64,000 nucleotides of DNA from Dehalococcoidia bacterium (lineage in GTDB: Bacteria > Chloroflexota > Dehalococcoidia > SM23-28-2 > RBG-16-64-32), in assembly GCA_963665775.2 (NCBI GenBank), contig CAXXTF010000002.1, positions 864,001 through 928,000 of the forward strand. The letters are read 5' to 3'. The notes beneath the pieces are model-generated. The model searched no databases. It was not told the DNA's origin and saw nothing but the letters and a program-made list of their open reading frames with translations. Shown here in pieces: positions 20,209-29,856 of the stretch (positions are counted from its first letter, which is position 1; every line of letters starts with the position of its first letter). The translations under genes were made by a program, and so were the position numbers.

Positions 20209-22131
20209 ATGGCGAGCGAGGCTGCGGGACGGAGACCAATAACCGTTAGCGAAACGTTGCGCCAGCTCCGGACGCAGGGCGGAGACTACGGCGGGGTGTG
20301 GAGCTGGATCGTGACCGTCGATCACAAGCGCATCGGCATCCTATACGGGGTCACCGCCTTCGTCTTCTTCCTGTTCGGCGGCCTGGAGGCTATGGTGCTC
20401 CGGCTTCAGTTGTCGAACCCGGACGGTATCGGCGTAAACGCCGACCAGTTCAATCGGCTCTTCACGATGCACGGGACGACCATGATCTTCCTGGTGGTGA
20501 TGCCGCTGAGCGCCGCCTTCTTCAACCTCCTGATTCCCCTCATGATCGGCGCCCGCGACGTGGCCTTTCCGCGGCTGAACGCCTTCAGCTACTGGGTGTT
20601 CCTGGCTGGCGGCATCTTCATGAACGTCAGCTTCTTTACTGGGGGCAACATCTTTGCCGGAGAACTAGGCGCCCCGGATGCCGGATGGTTCGGTTATGCC
20701 CCGCTCAGCCTGCGGGGAGACACCGGCATCGACTACTGGGCGCTGGGGCTGCTCATTCTGGGCGTCTCATCGATGGCCGGAGGATTCAACTTCGCGGTCA
20801 CCATCCTCAACATGCGAGCGCCCGGGATGGCCCTGTTACGAATGCCTCTCTTTGTCTGGATGACGCTGGCCACCGCCTTCTTGATCATATTCGCCATGCC
20901 GATAATCACGGTCGCCCTGTTTCAGCTTCTGTTCGACCGCCTGTTTGACGCCAACTTCTTCAACGTCGCTGCGGGCGGCAACCCGCTCCTCTGGCAGCAC
21001 ATGTTCTGGCTGTTTGGCCATCCCGAGGTATATATCCTGATCCTACCCGCCATGGGCATCGTCTCGGAGGTGCTGCCCGCCTTCTCCCGCAAGCCGCTGT
21101 TCGGCTATCCGTTTGTGGTCTTCTCCGGCATCGCCATCGCCTTCATGAGCTGGAGCGTGTGGGCACACCACATGTACACGACTGGCCTGGGCACGGTGGC
21201 GAATTCGGCCTTCGGGATGTCCACGCTACTGATCGCCGTACCGACGGGGGTCAAGATCTTCAACTGGCTGGGGACCCTCTGGGGCGGCTCGATTAGGTTC
21301 AAGACTCCCCTCTATTTCTCAATAGGCTTCATCTCCATGTTCGTGATCGGCGGGCTAACCGGCATCATGCATTCGATCGTCCCCGCGGACTACCAGCAGC
21401 AGGACACCTATTTCGTCGTCGCGCATTTCCACCAGGTGTTGTTCGGCGGCGCTATCTTCGGCCTGTTCGCGGGGATCTACTACTGGTTCCCCAAGTTCAC
21501 GGGGCGGCTGCTCCACGAGGGCTGGGGCAAGGCGCACTTCTGGCTGATGTTCATCGGGTTCAACATCACGTTCCAACCGATGATGATCCTGGGCCTATTG
21601 GGAATGCCGCGCCGTATCTCATCGTACCCAGACGGCTTTGGCTGGAACCTCTGGAACATGGTGGCGACGCTGGGAGCGTTCACCATAGCCCTATCGATCC
21701 TGCTGTTCATCATCAACGTAATCATTAGCCTGCGCAGCAAGGAGCGAGTAGGGCCGGACCCCTGGGACGGGCGCACGCTGGAGTGGAGCCTCCCCTCACC
21801 GGTGCCGCCGTACAACTTCGCCCAGATTCCCACGGTCAAGGCACGGGACGACTTCTGGCACCAGAAGTACGTGGAGGATCAGGCGGGGCGGCCGGTGCCT
21901 GTGGTGGCGGACGGCGCCCAGGGAGCGCCGGCCAACGAACACGATGGCAGCGAGGAAGATCACGAAGTACACATACACATGCCGTCCCCATCTATCTTCC
22001 CCCTGATCGCCGCCCTGGGCCTGCCCATCATCGCCGCCGGCTTGATCTACGATTACGCCCTCGTGGCGGTGGGGGCTGCCGTCTTGATGGTCGGCATCTA
22101 CGCGTGGGCTTTGGAGCCCCCGACAGAGTGA
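20209..22131 (+). CDS. ctaD: Cytochrome c oxidase subunit I, A1 type
   Basis: TMHGT, GARDVAFPRLN, GHPEVY, WAHHM, AHFH, GMPRR. Confidence 0.97.
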   Translation: MASEAAGRRPITVSETLRQLRTQGGDYGGVWSWIVTVDHKRIGILYGVTAFVFFLFGGLEAMVLRLQLSNPDGIGVNADQFNRLFTMHGTTMIFLVVMPLSAAFFNLLIPLMIGARDVAFPRLNAFSYWVFLAGGIFMNVSFFTGGNIFAGELGAPDAGWFGYAPLSLRGDTGIDYWALGLLILGVSSMAGGFNFAVTILNMRAPGMALLRMPLFVWMTLATAFLIIFAMPIITVALFQLLFDRLFDANFFNVAAGGNPLLWQHMFWLFGHPEVYILILPAMGIVSEVLPAFSRKPLFGYPFVVFSGIAIAFMSWSVWAHHMYTTGLGTVANSAFGMSTLLIAVPTGVKIFNWLGTLWGGSIRFKTPLYFSIGFISMFVIGGLTGIMHSIVPADYQQQDTYFVVAHFHQVLFGGAIFGLFAGIYYWFPKFTGRLLHEGWGKAHFWLMFIGFNITFQPMMILGLLGMPRRISSYPDGFGWNLWNMVATLGAFTIALSILLFIINVIISLRSKERVGPDPWDGRTLEWSLPSPVPPYNFAQIPTVKARDDFWHQKYVEDQAGRPVPVVADGAQGAPANEHDGSEEDHEVHIHMPSPSIFPLIAALGLPIIAAGLIYDYALVAVGAAVLMVGIYAWALEPPTE

Positions 22132-22778
22132 GCGCCGCGGAGAGGGGAGAGTTGGAACACGCACCGACCGCCGAGCACGGGCTAGAAACGAGCACTGGCC
22201 TCGACAACCGCAAGCTGCTGATGTGGCTGTTCCTGGGCTCGGAATGCCTGTTCTTCGGGTCGCTCATAGCCGCTTACTTGCTCTACCGGGACCAGAGTCT
22301 GGTTCCGCCGTGCCCAGCGGACTGCGTGATCGATGGGGTAGCGCACCAGGGGTTGTTCGACATTCCGTTTACGTCGGTGAGCGCCTTCGTGCTGCTGATA
22401 AGCAGCCTGACGATGGTGCTGGCGCTGGCAGCGATCCAACGGGGTGACCAGAAAGGGCTGCGGGTCTGGCTGTTCGCCACGGCCGCGCTGGGAATCCTGT
22501 TCCTGGCGGGCCAAGCGTTCGAGTTCACGGAGTTCTACCGGGAAGGGCTGACGCTCAGCACCAACCTGTTCGGCACCACCTTCTACGTGCTGACAGGGTT
22601 TCACGGGGCGCACGTAACAGTCGGAGTATTAATCCTCCTTTCGCTGTTCGTCATGTCACTGCGAGGCCAGCTGTCGCCGGCCAAGAGCCTGAACGTGGAG
22701 CTGGCCGGACTGTTCTGGCACTTCGTGGACGTAGCCTGGATCGCCATCTTTACGCTTATCTATCTGATCCAGGCCTGA
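22128..22778 (+). CDS. ctaE: Cytochrome c oxidase subunit III
   Basis: WLFLGSE, TGFHGAHV, WHFVDVAW; GTGA overlap with ctaD. Confidence 0.93.
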   Translation: MSAAERGELEHAPTAEHGLETSTGLDNRKLLMWLFLGSECLFFGSLIAAYLLYRDQSLVPPCPADCVIDGVAHQGLFDIPFTSVSAFVLLISSLTMVLALAAIQRGDQKGLRVWLFATAALGILFLAGQAFEFTEFYREGLTLSTNLFGTTFYVLTGFHGAHVTVGVLILLSLFVMSLRGQLSPAKSLNVELAGLFWHFVDVAWIAIFTLIYLIQA

Positions 22779-22797
22779 GGCACCGAGGAGAGAACGC

Positions 22798-23163
22798 ATG
22801 ACGCTAGCCGATTTCCGAGGGATAAAGAGGTCAGCAGAGGACGAGACGCAAGCTGCCACCGGGGATGCCCCTGCGCCACATGAGAAGGGCCACCCAGGCC
22901 CGGCGGAATACAGTAAGATCGGTCTCATCCTAGGAGTCATAACAGCCGTTGAGGTGGCGCTGTTCTATATGGATATGGCGCAGTGGGCTCTGGTTGCCAT
23001 CCTAATCCTGCTGTCCGCGACGAAGTTCGGCTTCGTGGTCCTGTGGTTCATGCACTTGAAGTTCGATAGCCAGCTCTTTTCGGCGCCGCTGGTAATCGGC
23101 ATGGCATTTGCCGTCGCGCTCTTCGCCGTGCTGCTGTCCAGTCTCGGCGGTGGGCTGGTATGA
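22798..23163 (+). CDS. Cytochrome c oxidase subunit IV family protein
   Basis: ITAVEV, K...VVLWFMHLKFD, 3 TM. Confidence 0.88.
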   Translation: MTLADFRGIKRSAEDETQAATGDAPAPHEKGHPGPAEYSKIGLILGVITAVEVALFYMDMAQWALVAILILLSATKFGFVVLWFMHLKFDSQLFSAPLVIGMAFAVALFAVLLSSLGGGLV

Positions 23164-23223
23164 AAAGCAGATGTGGACGATTGGCTAAAGTACGATACTC
23201 TTATCCCTAAAGGGGCGTGACCT

Positions 23224-24045
23224 TTGCCGCTACTGCATATCGGTGTCGGCGGGCCCTCGTGGCTCAATTGGTCCGTAGAGACGGATGTCCTCCTCCTGTG
23301 CATAGCGCTGGAATGGGGATACCTGTATACCGTGAATCGGCTGCGGACGCCCATCTCGGATGCCGGCCGGGTCAAGCGCAGCCAGGTGGTCCTTTTCTCC
23401 CTGGGGGTGCTGGTCATCTATGCGGCGTCCGGATCACCCCTTCACGACCTGTCCGATAAACACCTGGCCAGCGCCCATATGTTGCAGCACATCCTTCTGA
23501 TGCTGGTAGCGGCTCCGCTTATGTTAGCGGGGATACCAGGATGGATATGGCAGGCGCTGCTTCGGGTGCGGGGAGCGATGCCGGTTGCTCGTGTGCTCAC
23601 AAATCCGCTGGTCGCACTGGCCTTCTTTAACGCAGCGCTCCTGCTGGCCCATCTGCCGTCGGTCGTGGACCTGCAGTTACGGCAATGGTGGTTTCACCTC
23701 TTCGTACACTCGGGGCAGGTGGGAGCCGGGCTCGTGCTGTGGTGGCCAATCCTGAGCCAGGTGCCGGAGCTGCCTCGTCTTTCCTACCCACTGCAGATGG
23801 GATATCTGTTCTTGCAGTCGCTGCTGCCCTCGGTCGCGGCCTCGTTTGTCACGTTCTCAAACGTGGTGGTCTATTCCGTCTACGCCGAGGCTCCTCGCAT
23901 CTGGGGCATCACGCCCATTACCGACCAGCAGATCGCGGGGGGGCTGATGAAGCTCATGGGCAGCCTCATCCTGTGGTCGTTCATGGCCCTGGCCTTCTTC
24001 AAGTGGTACGACCGGGAGGAAGCTGAGGCGCAAGGCCCACGGTGA
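23224..24045 (+). CDS. ctaG: Caa3-type CtaG cytochrome oxidase assembly factor
   Basis: SPLH, SAHMLQH, WWPI, DQQIAGGLMK; frame stays open 16 codons past the TGA to TAA 24096. Confidence 0.9.
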   Translation: MPLLHIGVGGPSWLNWSVETDVLLLCIALEWGYLYTVNRLRTPISDAGRVKRSQVVLFSLGVLVIYAASGSPLHDLSDKHLASAHMLQHILLMLVAAPLMLAGIPGWIWQALLRVRGAMPVARVLTNPLVALAFFNAALLLAHLPSVVDLQLRQWWFHLFVHSGQVGAGLVLWWPILSQVPELPRLSYPLQMGYLFLQSLLPSVAASFVTFSNVVVYSVYAEAPRIWGITPITDQQIAGGLMKLMGSLILWSFMALAFFKWYDREEAEAQGPR

Positions 24046-24207
24046 AAAGAGGTGCGAGAGGAGCTTGACCAGATGAGCCTGACAACGAGGGAGTAAGCCA
24101 GCCCTGTGGCAGACCGCAAGTGAGGAGCCGCCCACCTACCTGTTGCTGCACCTATTCCGCCGTTGCCACGACGACCGACACAATCATTGTGGAGGGCTAA
24201 CATACCC

Positions 24208-24849
24208 ATGACTCAAGAACCTACCTTAGAACCAGAGCCCTCCCCATCCGAAGCCGCGGAGCGCGTCGCATCTGGCCTCATGGCTAGCCTCCCCCAAGCG
24301 CTCCTCCTCGCACACGGCCCGAGCGCTACGCCCGACCTGCCCCAAGTGTACACGCCGCCCACCGACAATCTGCGCTCGGAGTCGCGGGAGACGCTATACC
24401 TGAAGGCCCTCAACGATGTTGCTCGCCTCCGTTTCGCCTTTCCTACACCCGATTATTCGGATTTCAAGACCTATGCCAACCATCCCCAGCGCAGCATGGG
24501 CGTCCAGATGTCCAACGGCGCCGTAGCCTACCCCGACATCGTGGTCGTTCAGCATCCCGAGAACTACACCCAGATAGTAGCCCAGGTTGAGACGAACGAG
24601 ACCGTCAGAGAGGATGTCGCCCACTACGAGTGGCGACTTTACGCCGATCTAGCGCCCCTATATCTGTATGTACCCGTGGGCAAGGGCGACGAGGCGCTAA
24701 CTCTCTGCCGCCGTTCTAATATTGCGGTCGTAGGCGTTCGCACCTGGCGCTACGTCGTCGGCTACGAAGGGATCGAGCTCAACGACCACTTCACAGTACC
24801 GAAGGGACCAGAGGATCTCTTGCCGAAGTTCCTAAGGCCTCCATTGTAA
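24208..24849 (+). CDS. Hypothetical protein, possible PD-(D/E)XK-like fold
   Basis: Long ORF with normal codon use; YPDIVVV...AQVET pattern. Confidence 0.65.
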   Translation: MTQEPTLEPEPSPSEAAERVASGLMASLPQALLLAHGPSATPDLPQVYTPPTDNLRSESRETLYLKALNDVARLRFAFPTPDYSDFKTYANHPQRSMGVQMSNGAVAYPDIVVVQHPENYTQIVAQVETNETVREDVAHYEWRLYADLAPLYLYVPVGKGDEALTLCRRSNIAVVGVRTWRYVVGYEGIELNDHFTVPKGPEDLLPKFLRPPL

Positions 24850-25065
24850 GCGCCTCTGTAAGCGCCTCCTCCCTTGGCAACCTCCGACACGTTGGCAGGG
24901 TTGCTGAGGAAGAGACCCAGGCGAGCCACTCGCTCTCTTGCCGGGTGCCGTAACGTCCCGCATCAGGTGCCCAACGACCGAGTCTCCGTCTCCAGTGGAA
25001 CCTTAGCGCCCCGGGAACCGCTCTTAAGCTTGAGGGTCGGCGGGCAGAACAGGCCCCTCTCCCCA

Positions 25066-27060
25066 TCAGACCCGCAGCCCGATCTTCAGGCCGTCCAGGC
25101 TGGAGGCCAACAGCCTGCGGGGAGACACGGACTCGCCGATGTTGTAGATCTCCTTCACCTGACCGCGGAGCGCCTTCCACAGGGCATCGTTACTCCGGCT
25201 GCCGGCGGAAATGACCAATGTCTCCACACCTTCTAGCGGCCGCTCCGGCCCGTTAGGGGGACTAAAGGCGTAAATGACGCCCTCACGAACGGCCTTGACC
25301 GCGGTCATGATGCTCAGCTTGACGTCCTTACGGGCCAGGCGATCCATGATCACCCACTTGGTCACCAGCCACTCCAGCCGGGCGCCGACATTAGGATAGG
25401 GGATCAGGACCTCCACCTCTTTGCCCCGCTCGGCCAGGAAGTCGGCGGTCGTCAGCCCCTCCATCCCCTGGTCCGTAGCGAACACCGCGACCTTACCCCC
25501 CGTCACCTCGGCGGTGCCGTCCAGCACATCCCAGGCCAGCACCACGTTCACCCCCTCGGCCTTGCCGTACTCATCGATACCGTCAACCGCCAGGAGCGCC
25601 GGCAGGCCGCCCGTGGCCACGATTACGGCGTCCGGCTTCTCCCGGCGCACCAGCTTCTCGTCCACGGCGACCCCCACGTGCACCGGCACCGCCAGCAGGT
25701 CGAACTGCTTAGTGTAGTAACGCACCGGCTCCGCCATCTCGGCACGGCCGGGAGCCTTGGCCGCTATCTGGAGCTGGCCACCCATCTGCGACTCCCTCTC
25801 GTACAGGGTCACTTGGTGGCCTCGCAGGGCCGCTACCCGGGCCGCCTCCATGCCGGCGATCCCGCCACCGATGACCATCACCCGTTTGCTGACGGAAGCC
25901 GGCGTGATCTGGGTCTCCGCCTCTCGCCCCACCGAAGCGTTGATGGCGCAGGTGAGGCCGCTGCCGCCATGGTTCAGACAGCCCTCATTGCAGGCGATGC
26001 AGTAGCGGATCTCGTCCAGGCGGCCTTCGCGGGCCTTGTTCGGAAGCTCTGGATCGCAGAGGTTGGCGCGGGTCATCCCGACGAGATCGGCCTCGTTGCG
26101 CTCCAGGATCGCTTCCGCCAGGACGGGGGTATTGATACGGCCAACGCAGATGACCGGCAGCTCCGTGACCTGCTTGATACCGGCCGCCAGGTATACGAAC
26201 GCCCCCGGCGGCACGTACATGGGAGGGATGACCGGCCCGCTCATCCCGAAGCTTGCGTTGCCGCCCAACCCCCAGTTCACGCTCACGTAGTCCAACTGGC
26301 CGGAGGCGGCCAGCGCGCCGACGATGCGCTGCATGTCCTCCTGGTTCAGGCCATCCTCCTCGTACTCGTCACCGTTGACGCGGATGCCCACGGTGAAGTC
26401 GCGGCCCACGGCCTTGCGGACCGCCGCTATCACCTCGTGGGCGAAGCGGAGGCGGTTCTCTTCGCTGCCGCCGTACTCGTCCTCTCGCTGGTTGAAGAGG
26501 GGCGACATGAACGTCTCGATCAGGTAGTCCTGGCCGCAGTGAACCTCCACGCCGTCCAGACCGGCCTCGCGCATGCGACGGGCGGCCGAAGCGAAAGCCT
26601 CGATAACCAACTGGATCTCGTCCACCGTCATCTCCCGGGGCGTTCCCATGTGCATCTTGCTCACGATGGGCGAGGCCGACCAGACTGGGTCCAAGGTGGG
26701 GGCACCGTAATTGGCCCGGCCCGCATGGTTTATCTGCACAACGATACGGGCGTCGTGCTGGTGAATGGCATCCGCGATCCGCCTAAATGGCTCGATGCAC
26801 TCGTCCCTCCAGAGCTGGATGGCAGCAGGCGACCTCCCGGCTGAAGGATGCACGACCGACGCCCCCGTGACGATGAGACCGATGCCTCCTTTAGCTTTGG
26901 AAGCCCAGTAATCCAGGTGCCGCTGTGTGGGCAGGCCTCCAATGCCGTAACCGGTGCCGTGGGCCGTGCTCACTATGCGGTTGCGCACGGTGAACGAGCC
27001 CACACGCAAGGGCGTGAACAGGTGCTTAAACTGCGCGGCGGCCTCTGTCTGTGTAGCCAT
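25066..27060 (-). CDS. NADH:flavin oxidoreductase (OYE/FadH-like, with Fe-S and FAD domains)
   Basis: RNRIVSTAH, AGLDGVEVH, NQREDEYGGS, CIACNEGC, VIGGGIAGMEAA. Confidence 0.92.
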   Translation of the reverse strand: MATQTEAAAQFKHLFTPLRVGSFTVRNRIVSTAHGTGYGIGGLPTQRHLDYWASKAKGGIGLIVTGASVVHPSAGRSPAAIQLWRDECIEPFRRIADAIHQHDARIVVQINHAGRANYGAPTLDPVWSASPIVSKMHMGTPREMTVDEIQLVIEAFASAARRMREAGLDGVEVHCGQDYLIETFMSPLFNQREDEYGGSEENRLRFAHEVIAAVRKAVGRDFTVGIRVNGDEYEEDGLNQEDMQRIVGALAASGQLDYVSVNWGLGGNASFGMSGPVIPPMYVPPGAFVYLAAGIKQVTELPVICVGRINTPVLAEAILERNEADLVGMTRANLCDPELPNKAREGRLDEIRYCIACNEGCLNHGGSGLTCAINASVGREAETQITPASVSKRVMVIGGGIAGMEAARVAALRGHQVTLYERESQMGGQLQIAAKAPGRAEMAEPVRYYTKQFDLLAVPVHVGVAVDEKLVRREKPDAVIVATGGLPALLAVDGIDEYGKAEGVNVVLAWDVLDGTAEVTGGKVAVFATDQGMEGLTTADFLAERGKEVEVLIPYPNVGARLEWLVTKWVIMDRLARKDVKLSIMTAVKAVREGVIYAFSPPNGPERPLEGVETLVISAGSRSNDALWKALRGQVKEIYNIGESVSPRRLLASSLDGLKIGLRV

Positions 27061-27165
27061 GAGTCACCATCCTTCCGCCAATTGAGGGGTGAGTGCGGGC
27101 GATCCTCAAGGGCAGGATGAGATACGAGAGCTAGATCGTCAAGAGGGGAAGGCCCTCTAGCTACA

Positions 27166-27182
27166 GTAGGGCTTTGCCCTAC
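27166..27182. terminator. Hairpin just past the DUF547 stop
   Basis: GTAGGGC-TTT-GCCCTAC perfect 7-bp stem; no U-tract. Confidence 0.4.
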
Positions 27183-27187
27183 ACGGG

Positions 27188-28108
27188 TCACAGCCGGTTG
27201 AGAGACCAGTCGTAGCGCTGGTAAGAGAGGCTAAGCCCGCCACCGCGGGCCCGCAGGAACTCGCGGCCCGGGCCGTCGTCAAGGTGGCTCTCCACGAAGT
27301 CGAGTACCCCTCTCCGCCCTCCAAAGTCCCGCCGATACCAGCGGAAGATGGGCGACAGGCTCAGCCGCCCGGCTGGCACATCGACGACGGCGCCGCCGCT
27401 GTTGACGAAGTTGGCGGCCGCCACATCGAGCTGCTCGTGTATGCGGTCGGCATCGTAGACGGCGATGGGCGGGCAGGAGTGGGAGGCGCAGACCAGGGCG
27501 CAGTGTAGCCGGGGGTCAACTGACGCCAGCGAATGGGCGAGGCGAACGTCGCCCGGGGTGAACTGTGGGAACGGGATCAGGGGATGGAAGTGGCGTCGAT
27601 TGTCCCGCAGGATGCCGTGCTCGATATCGTCAGCAGAGTATCGTAAGCCCCCTATGACGTAGGCGGCCCGGCGGAAGAAGCCCATATCCTCGCGGATGTT
27701 ATCCTTGAGGTCGAAGGCGATGACGGCATCGATGATAAGGGCGTTGTACAGGTTGATCCAGAAGGCGAGCCGCTGCTCACTGGAGGAGAGCTTAGCCGGG
27801 TCGAAACTGATGAGGCCGGTCGTACAGGCGCGGTACTGCTGGTAGGTCTCGCTGCCCCGTAGACGCCCGTAGTCGACGCCGCCACCGGAGGGATCGAACG
27901 CTTCGGCCTTCATCATCTTGACCGCGGCGTAGAGCTCGCCAGCGATGTCGCCGCTGCCAGCCATCGCCTCGCGGCCGAGGTTCAGGGCCTGCGAGCGATC
28001 GACGCGCAGGATAAGATCGACGGTGCGCTGAAAAGCATGATTGGCCAGGGATTCCCCCCGGGCCAGCGGCCCCCGCTCCGGACCCTCCGCCTGCGTCTGC
28101 TGGCTCAC
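27188..28108 (-). CDS. DUF547 domain protein
   Basis: LAFWINLYN, YSADDIEHGILR, DPRLHCALVCASHSCP, LSPIFRWY, YDWSLN. Confidence 0.9.
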   Translation of the reverse strand: MSQQTQAEGPERGPLARGESLANHAFQRTVDLILRVDRSQALNLGREAMAGSGDIAGELYAAVKMMKAEAFDPSGGGVDYGRLRGSETYQQYRACTTGLISFDPAKLSSSEQRLAFWINLYNALIIDAVIAFDLKDNIREDMGFFRRAAYVIGGLRYSADDIEHGILRDNRRHFHPLIPFPQFTPGDVRLAHSLASVDPRLHCALVCASHSCPPIAVYDADRIHEQLDVAAANFVNSGGAVVDVPAGRLSLSPIFRWYRRDFGGRRGVLDFVESHLDDGPGREFLRARGGGLSLSYQRYDWSLNRL

Positions 28109-28121
28109 CGTGTGCCCTCTC

Positions 28122-29012
28122 CTACGCCTTCTCCGCTACCAACAGGCAGTAGCCCAAGGCACCCTCCTGCACCATCGATCGGGCCTGCTTGGTCAAGTCC
28201 ATCGCTTCGGTAACCAGCTTGTCGGCTAGTAGAAGCGCCGCAGCAGCCTCGGCGTCGCCCCCCTTGCCCAGCTTGATCTGGCCCGCCTTGGCAGCAACGC
28301 GCAGGATAAACAGCTTCTTCCGCACCTCCGAGAGGGTTCCGGCCAGCGCCGGCGTCTGATCCTCCACCCGGGTCACCCTCAGGCCAGCGTCCTCCAGCAA
28401 CGCACCGTACTCCTCGGAGGGGCGGGCGTCGGCAACGCAAGCGATCCAACCGATCACGTCGCGAAAGCGGTCCACGGCAGCGTCCGCGGCGAGCGTCACG
28501 TCGCTGATGCCCAGGCGGCCGCCCGACCGGAGCACGCGCCGGAACTCAGCAGCGGCCCGAGGCTTGTCGGGGAGGAGGCAGAAGGAGCACTCGCAGACGA
28601 TCGCATCGAAGGTGTTATCGGCGAAGGGGATCGACTCGGCATCGCCCCGGGCGAACGACCGCTGCCCCTCGCCGGCAGCGCCACCCTGCAACGATAGCGG
28701 CAGCAGGGCACCGAGATCCAGCCCCACTGCCCGGCTGCCGAACGACTCCGAGAGCACCCTAAGGGTATCGCCTGGACCGGTCGCCACGTCCAGGACCAGG
28801 CTGGAGGACGAGAGGCCCAAGGCCTGACCCAGGTATCGGGTCAGGGCCTCGCCGCCGGGGTGATACGATTCGCCCAGCAGCCAGCGGACCGCCGGATGCT
28901 CGTACAGGTAGGCGCAGCAGGCCTTAAACGCGGCATCGTCCTGCGGCGCCGACTCGCCCAGCAGGAAGCGAGTCAGCAAGGAAGACGTCCCACTCTCGAC
29001 GGGGGTCGTCAT
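28122..29012 (-). CDS. Class I SAM-dependent methyltransferase with Cys motifs
   Basis: VLDVATGPG, GDAESIPF, FDAIVCEC, RVLRSGGRLGISD; KACC and ESYHPGG N-terminal motifs. Confidence 0.9.
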   Translation of the reverse strand: MTTPVESGTSSLLTRFLLGESAPQDDAAFKACCAYLYEHPAVRWLLGESYHPGGEALTRYLGQALGLSSSSLVLDVATGPGDTLRVLSESFGSRAVGLDLGALLPLSLQGGAAGEGQRSFARGDAESIPFADNTFDAIVCECSFCLLPDKPRAAAEFRRVLRSGGRLGISDVTLAADAAVDRFRDVIGWIACVADARPSEEYGALLEDAGLRVTRVEDQTPALAGTLSEVRKKLFILRVAAKAGQIKLGKGGDAEAAAALLLADKLVTEAMDLTKQARSMVQEGALGYCLLVAEKA

Positions 29013-29122
29013 CGCTCCGCCGCCTCGTACTCGGGACAGAGGCTGCGGGTCACCCCCAGTAGGATCTCGTTTCGCTGCTTCTGCCGGGCGGCCTGTCCAG
29101 CGGGCAGCGGGCTCATAGTCAC
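29009..29122 (-). pseudogene. 37-aa ORF, probable deletion remnant of a radical SAM gene
   Basis: GGAGGTGA RBS, then VTMSPLPAGQAARQKQRNEILLGVTRSLCPEYEAAER*; stop overlaps methyltransferase ATG (ATGA). Confidence 0.55.
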
Positions 29123-29194
29123 GAAATCACCTCCATCTCTTGTGATGCGATAAGAGACCATCTTAAAGGATTTTAGCACAAGCCTCGGCCGCTC

Positions 29195-29827
29195 CTAGAC
29201 GAGATGCGTGGCCAGGTCGAACGATTCGCCCGCCGCGAGGGCAGCGGCGCTCGTGACGGGCTTCTCCAGACTCCTGAAGGCACCACCGTCGACGAGGAAG
29301 CGGGCGGCCTCGGCGGCGGTGGTGGCGCTGAAGTCGCTCGTCTGGGAGTCGCGCACGTCGTCAGCCTCGTACGTGGCGAGATAGAGAGCGCGACCCGCCA
29401 CCAGCGGCACCTCCTTCACCACTAGGGCGTTGTGGCGCACGACGGCGAGCCAGCCGCTGTCGCCTTGGAGCGGAACCGCCCCGGCGATTCGGGGTGTGTT
29501 CTGGTCATCCCTCTCATAGTCGAGGGCGAGCAGGACCAGCGCCAGCGCGTCGGGGGCGGGCAGGCCAGCAGCGATCTTCTCGGCGATGGGATCTGTGTGG
29601 CTGCCGTTAGCGACGATGGCCCACTCCCCGGCGAGCCGAACGGCGTTGTAGGCGATGTACGGGTTCCTGGCAACATCGGCCTCGAACCCCGGTCGCGGCA
29701 CCACTGTCACCGTCGCGTCTGACGCCACCGCCTGTCGGTTGGGGAACGAGCGGCTGGACACCCGATAGAGGGCGGCATTGGCGCCGTTTCCGGTCTTGCC
29801 AACCGCAACGATGCGCCCTACATACAA
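29195..29827 (-). CDS. purO: IMP cyclohydrolase, archaeal PurO type
   Basis: MYVGR, YRVSSRSFPNR, NPYIAYN, NGSHTD, LDYERDDQNTPRIAG. Confidence 0.9.
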   Translation of the reverse strand: MYVGRIVAVGKTGNGANAALYRVSSRSFPNRQAVASDATVTVVPRPGFEADVARNPYIAYNAVRLAGEWAIVANGSHTDPIAEKIAAGLPAPDALALVLLALDYERDDQNTPRIAGAVPLQGDSGWLAVVRHNALVVKEVPLVAGRALYLATYEADDVRDSQTSDFSATTAAEAARFLVDGGAFRSLEKPVTSAAALAAGESFDLATHLV

Positions 29828-29856
29828 GGTGACGTCCCCTCCAGCCGAATCACGGC

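Noticed and set aside
25678-26844. Long antisense or alternate-frame ORFs (also 10301-11278, 40836-41771, 41822-42796 and others)
   Set aside because: Shadows of real GC-rich genes, with Arg/Gly/Pro-rich low-information translations
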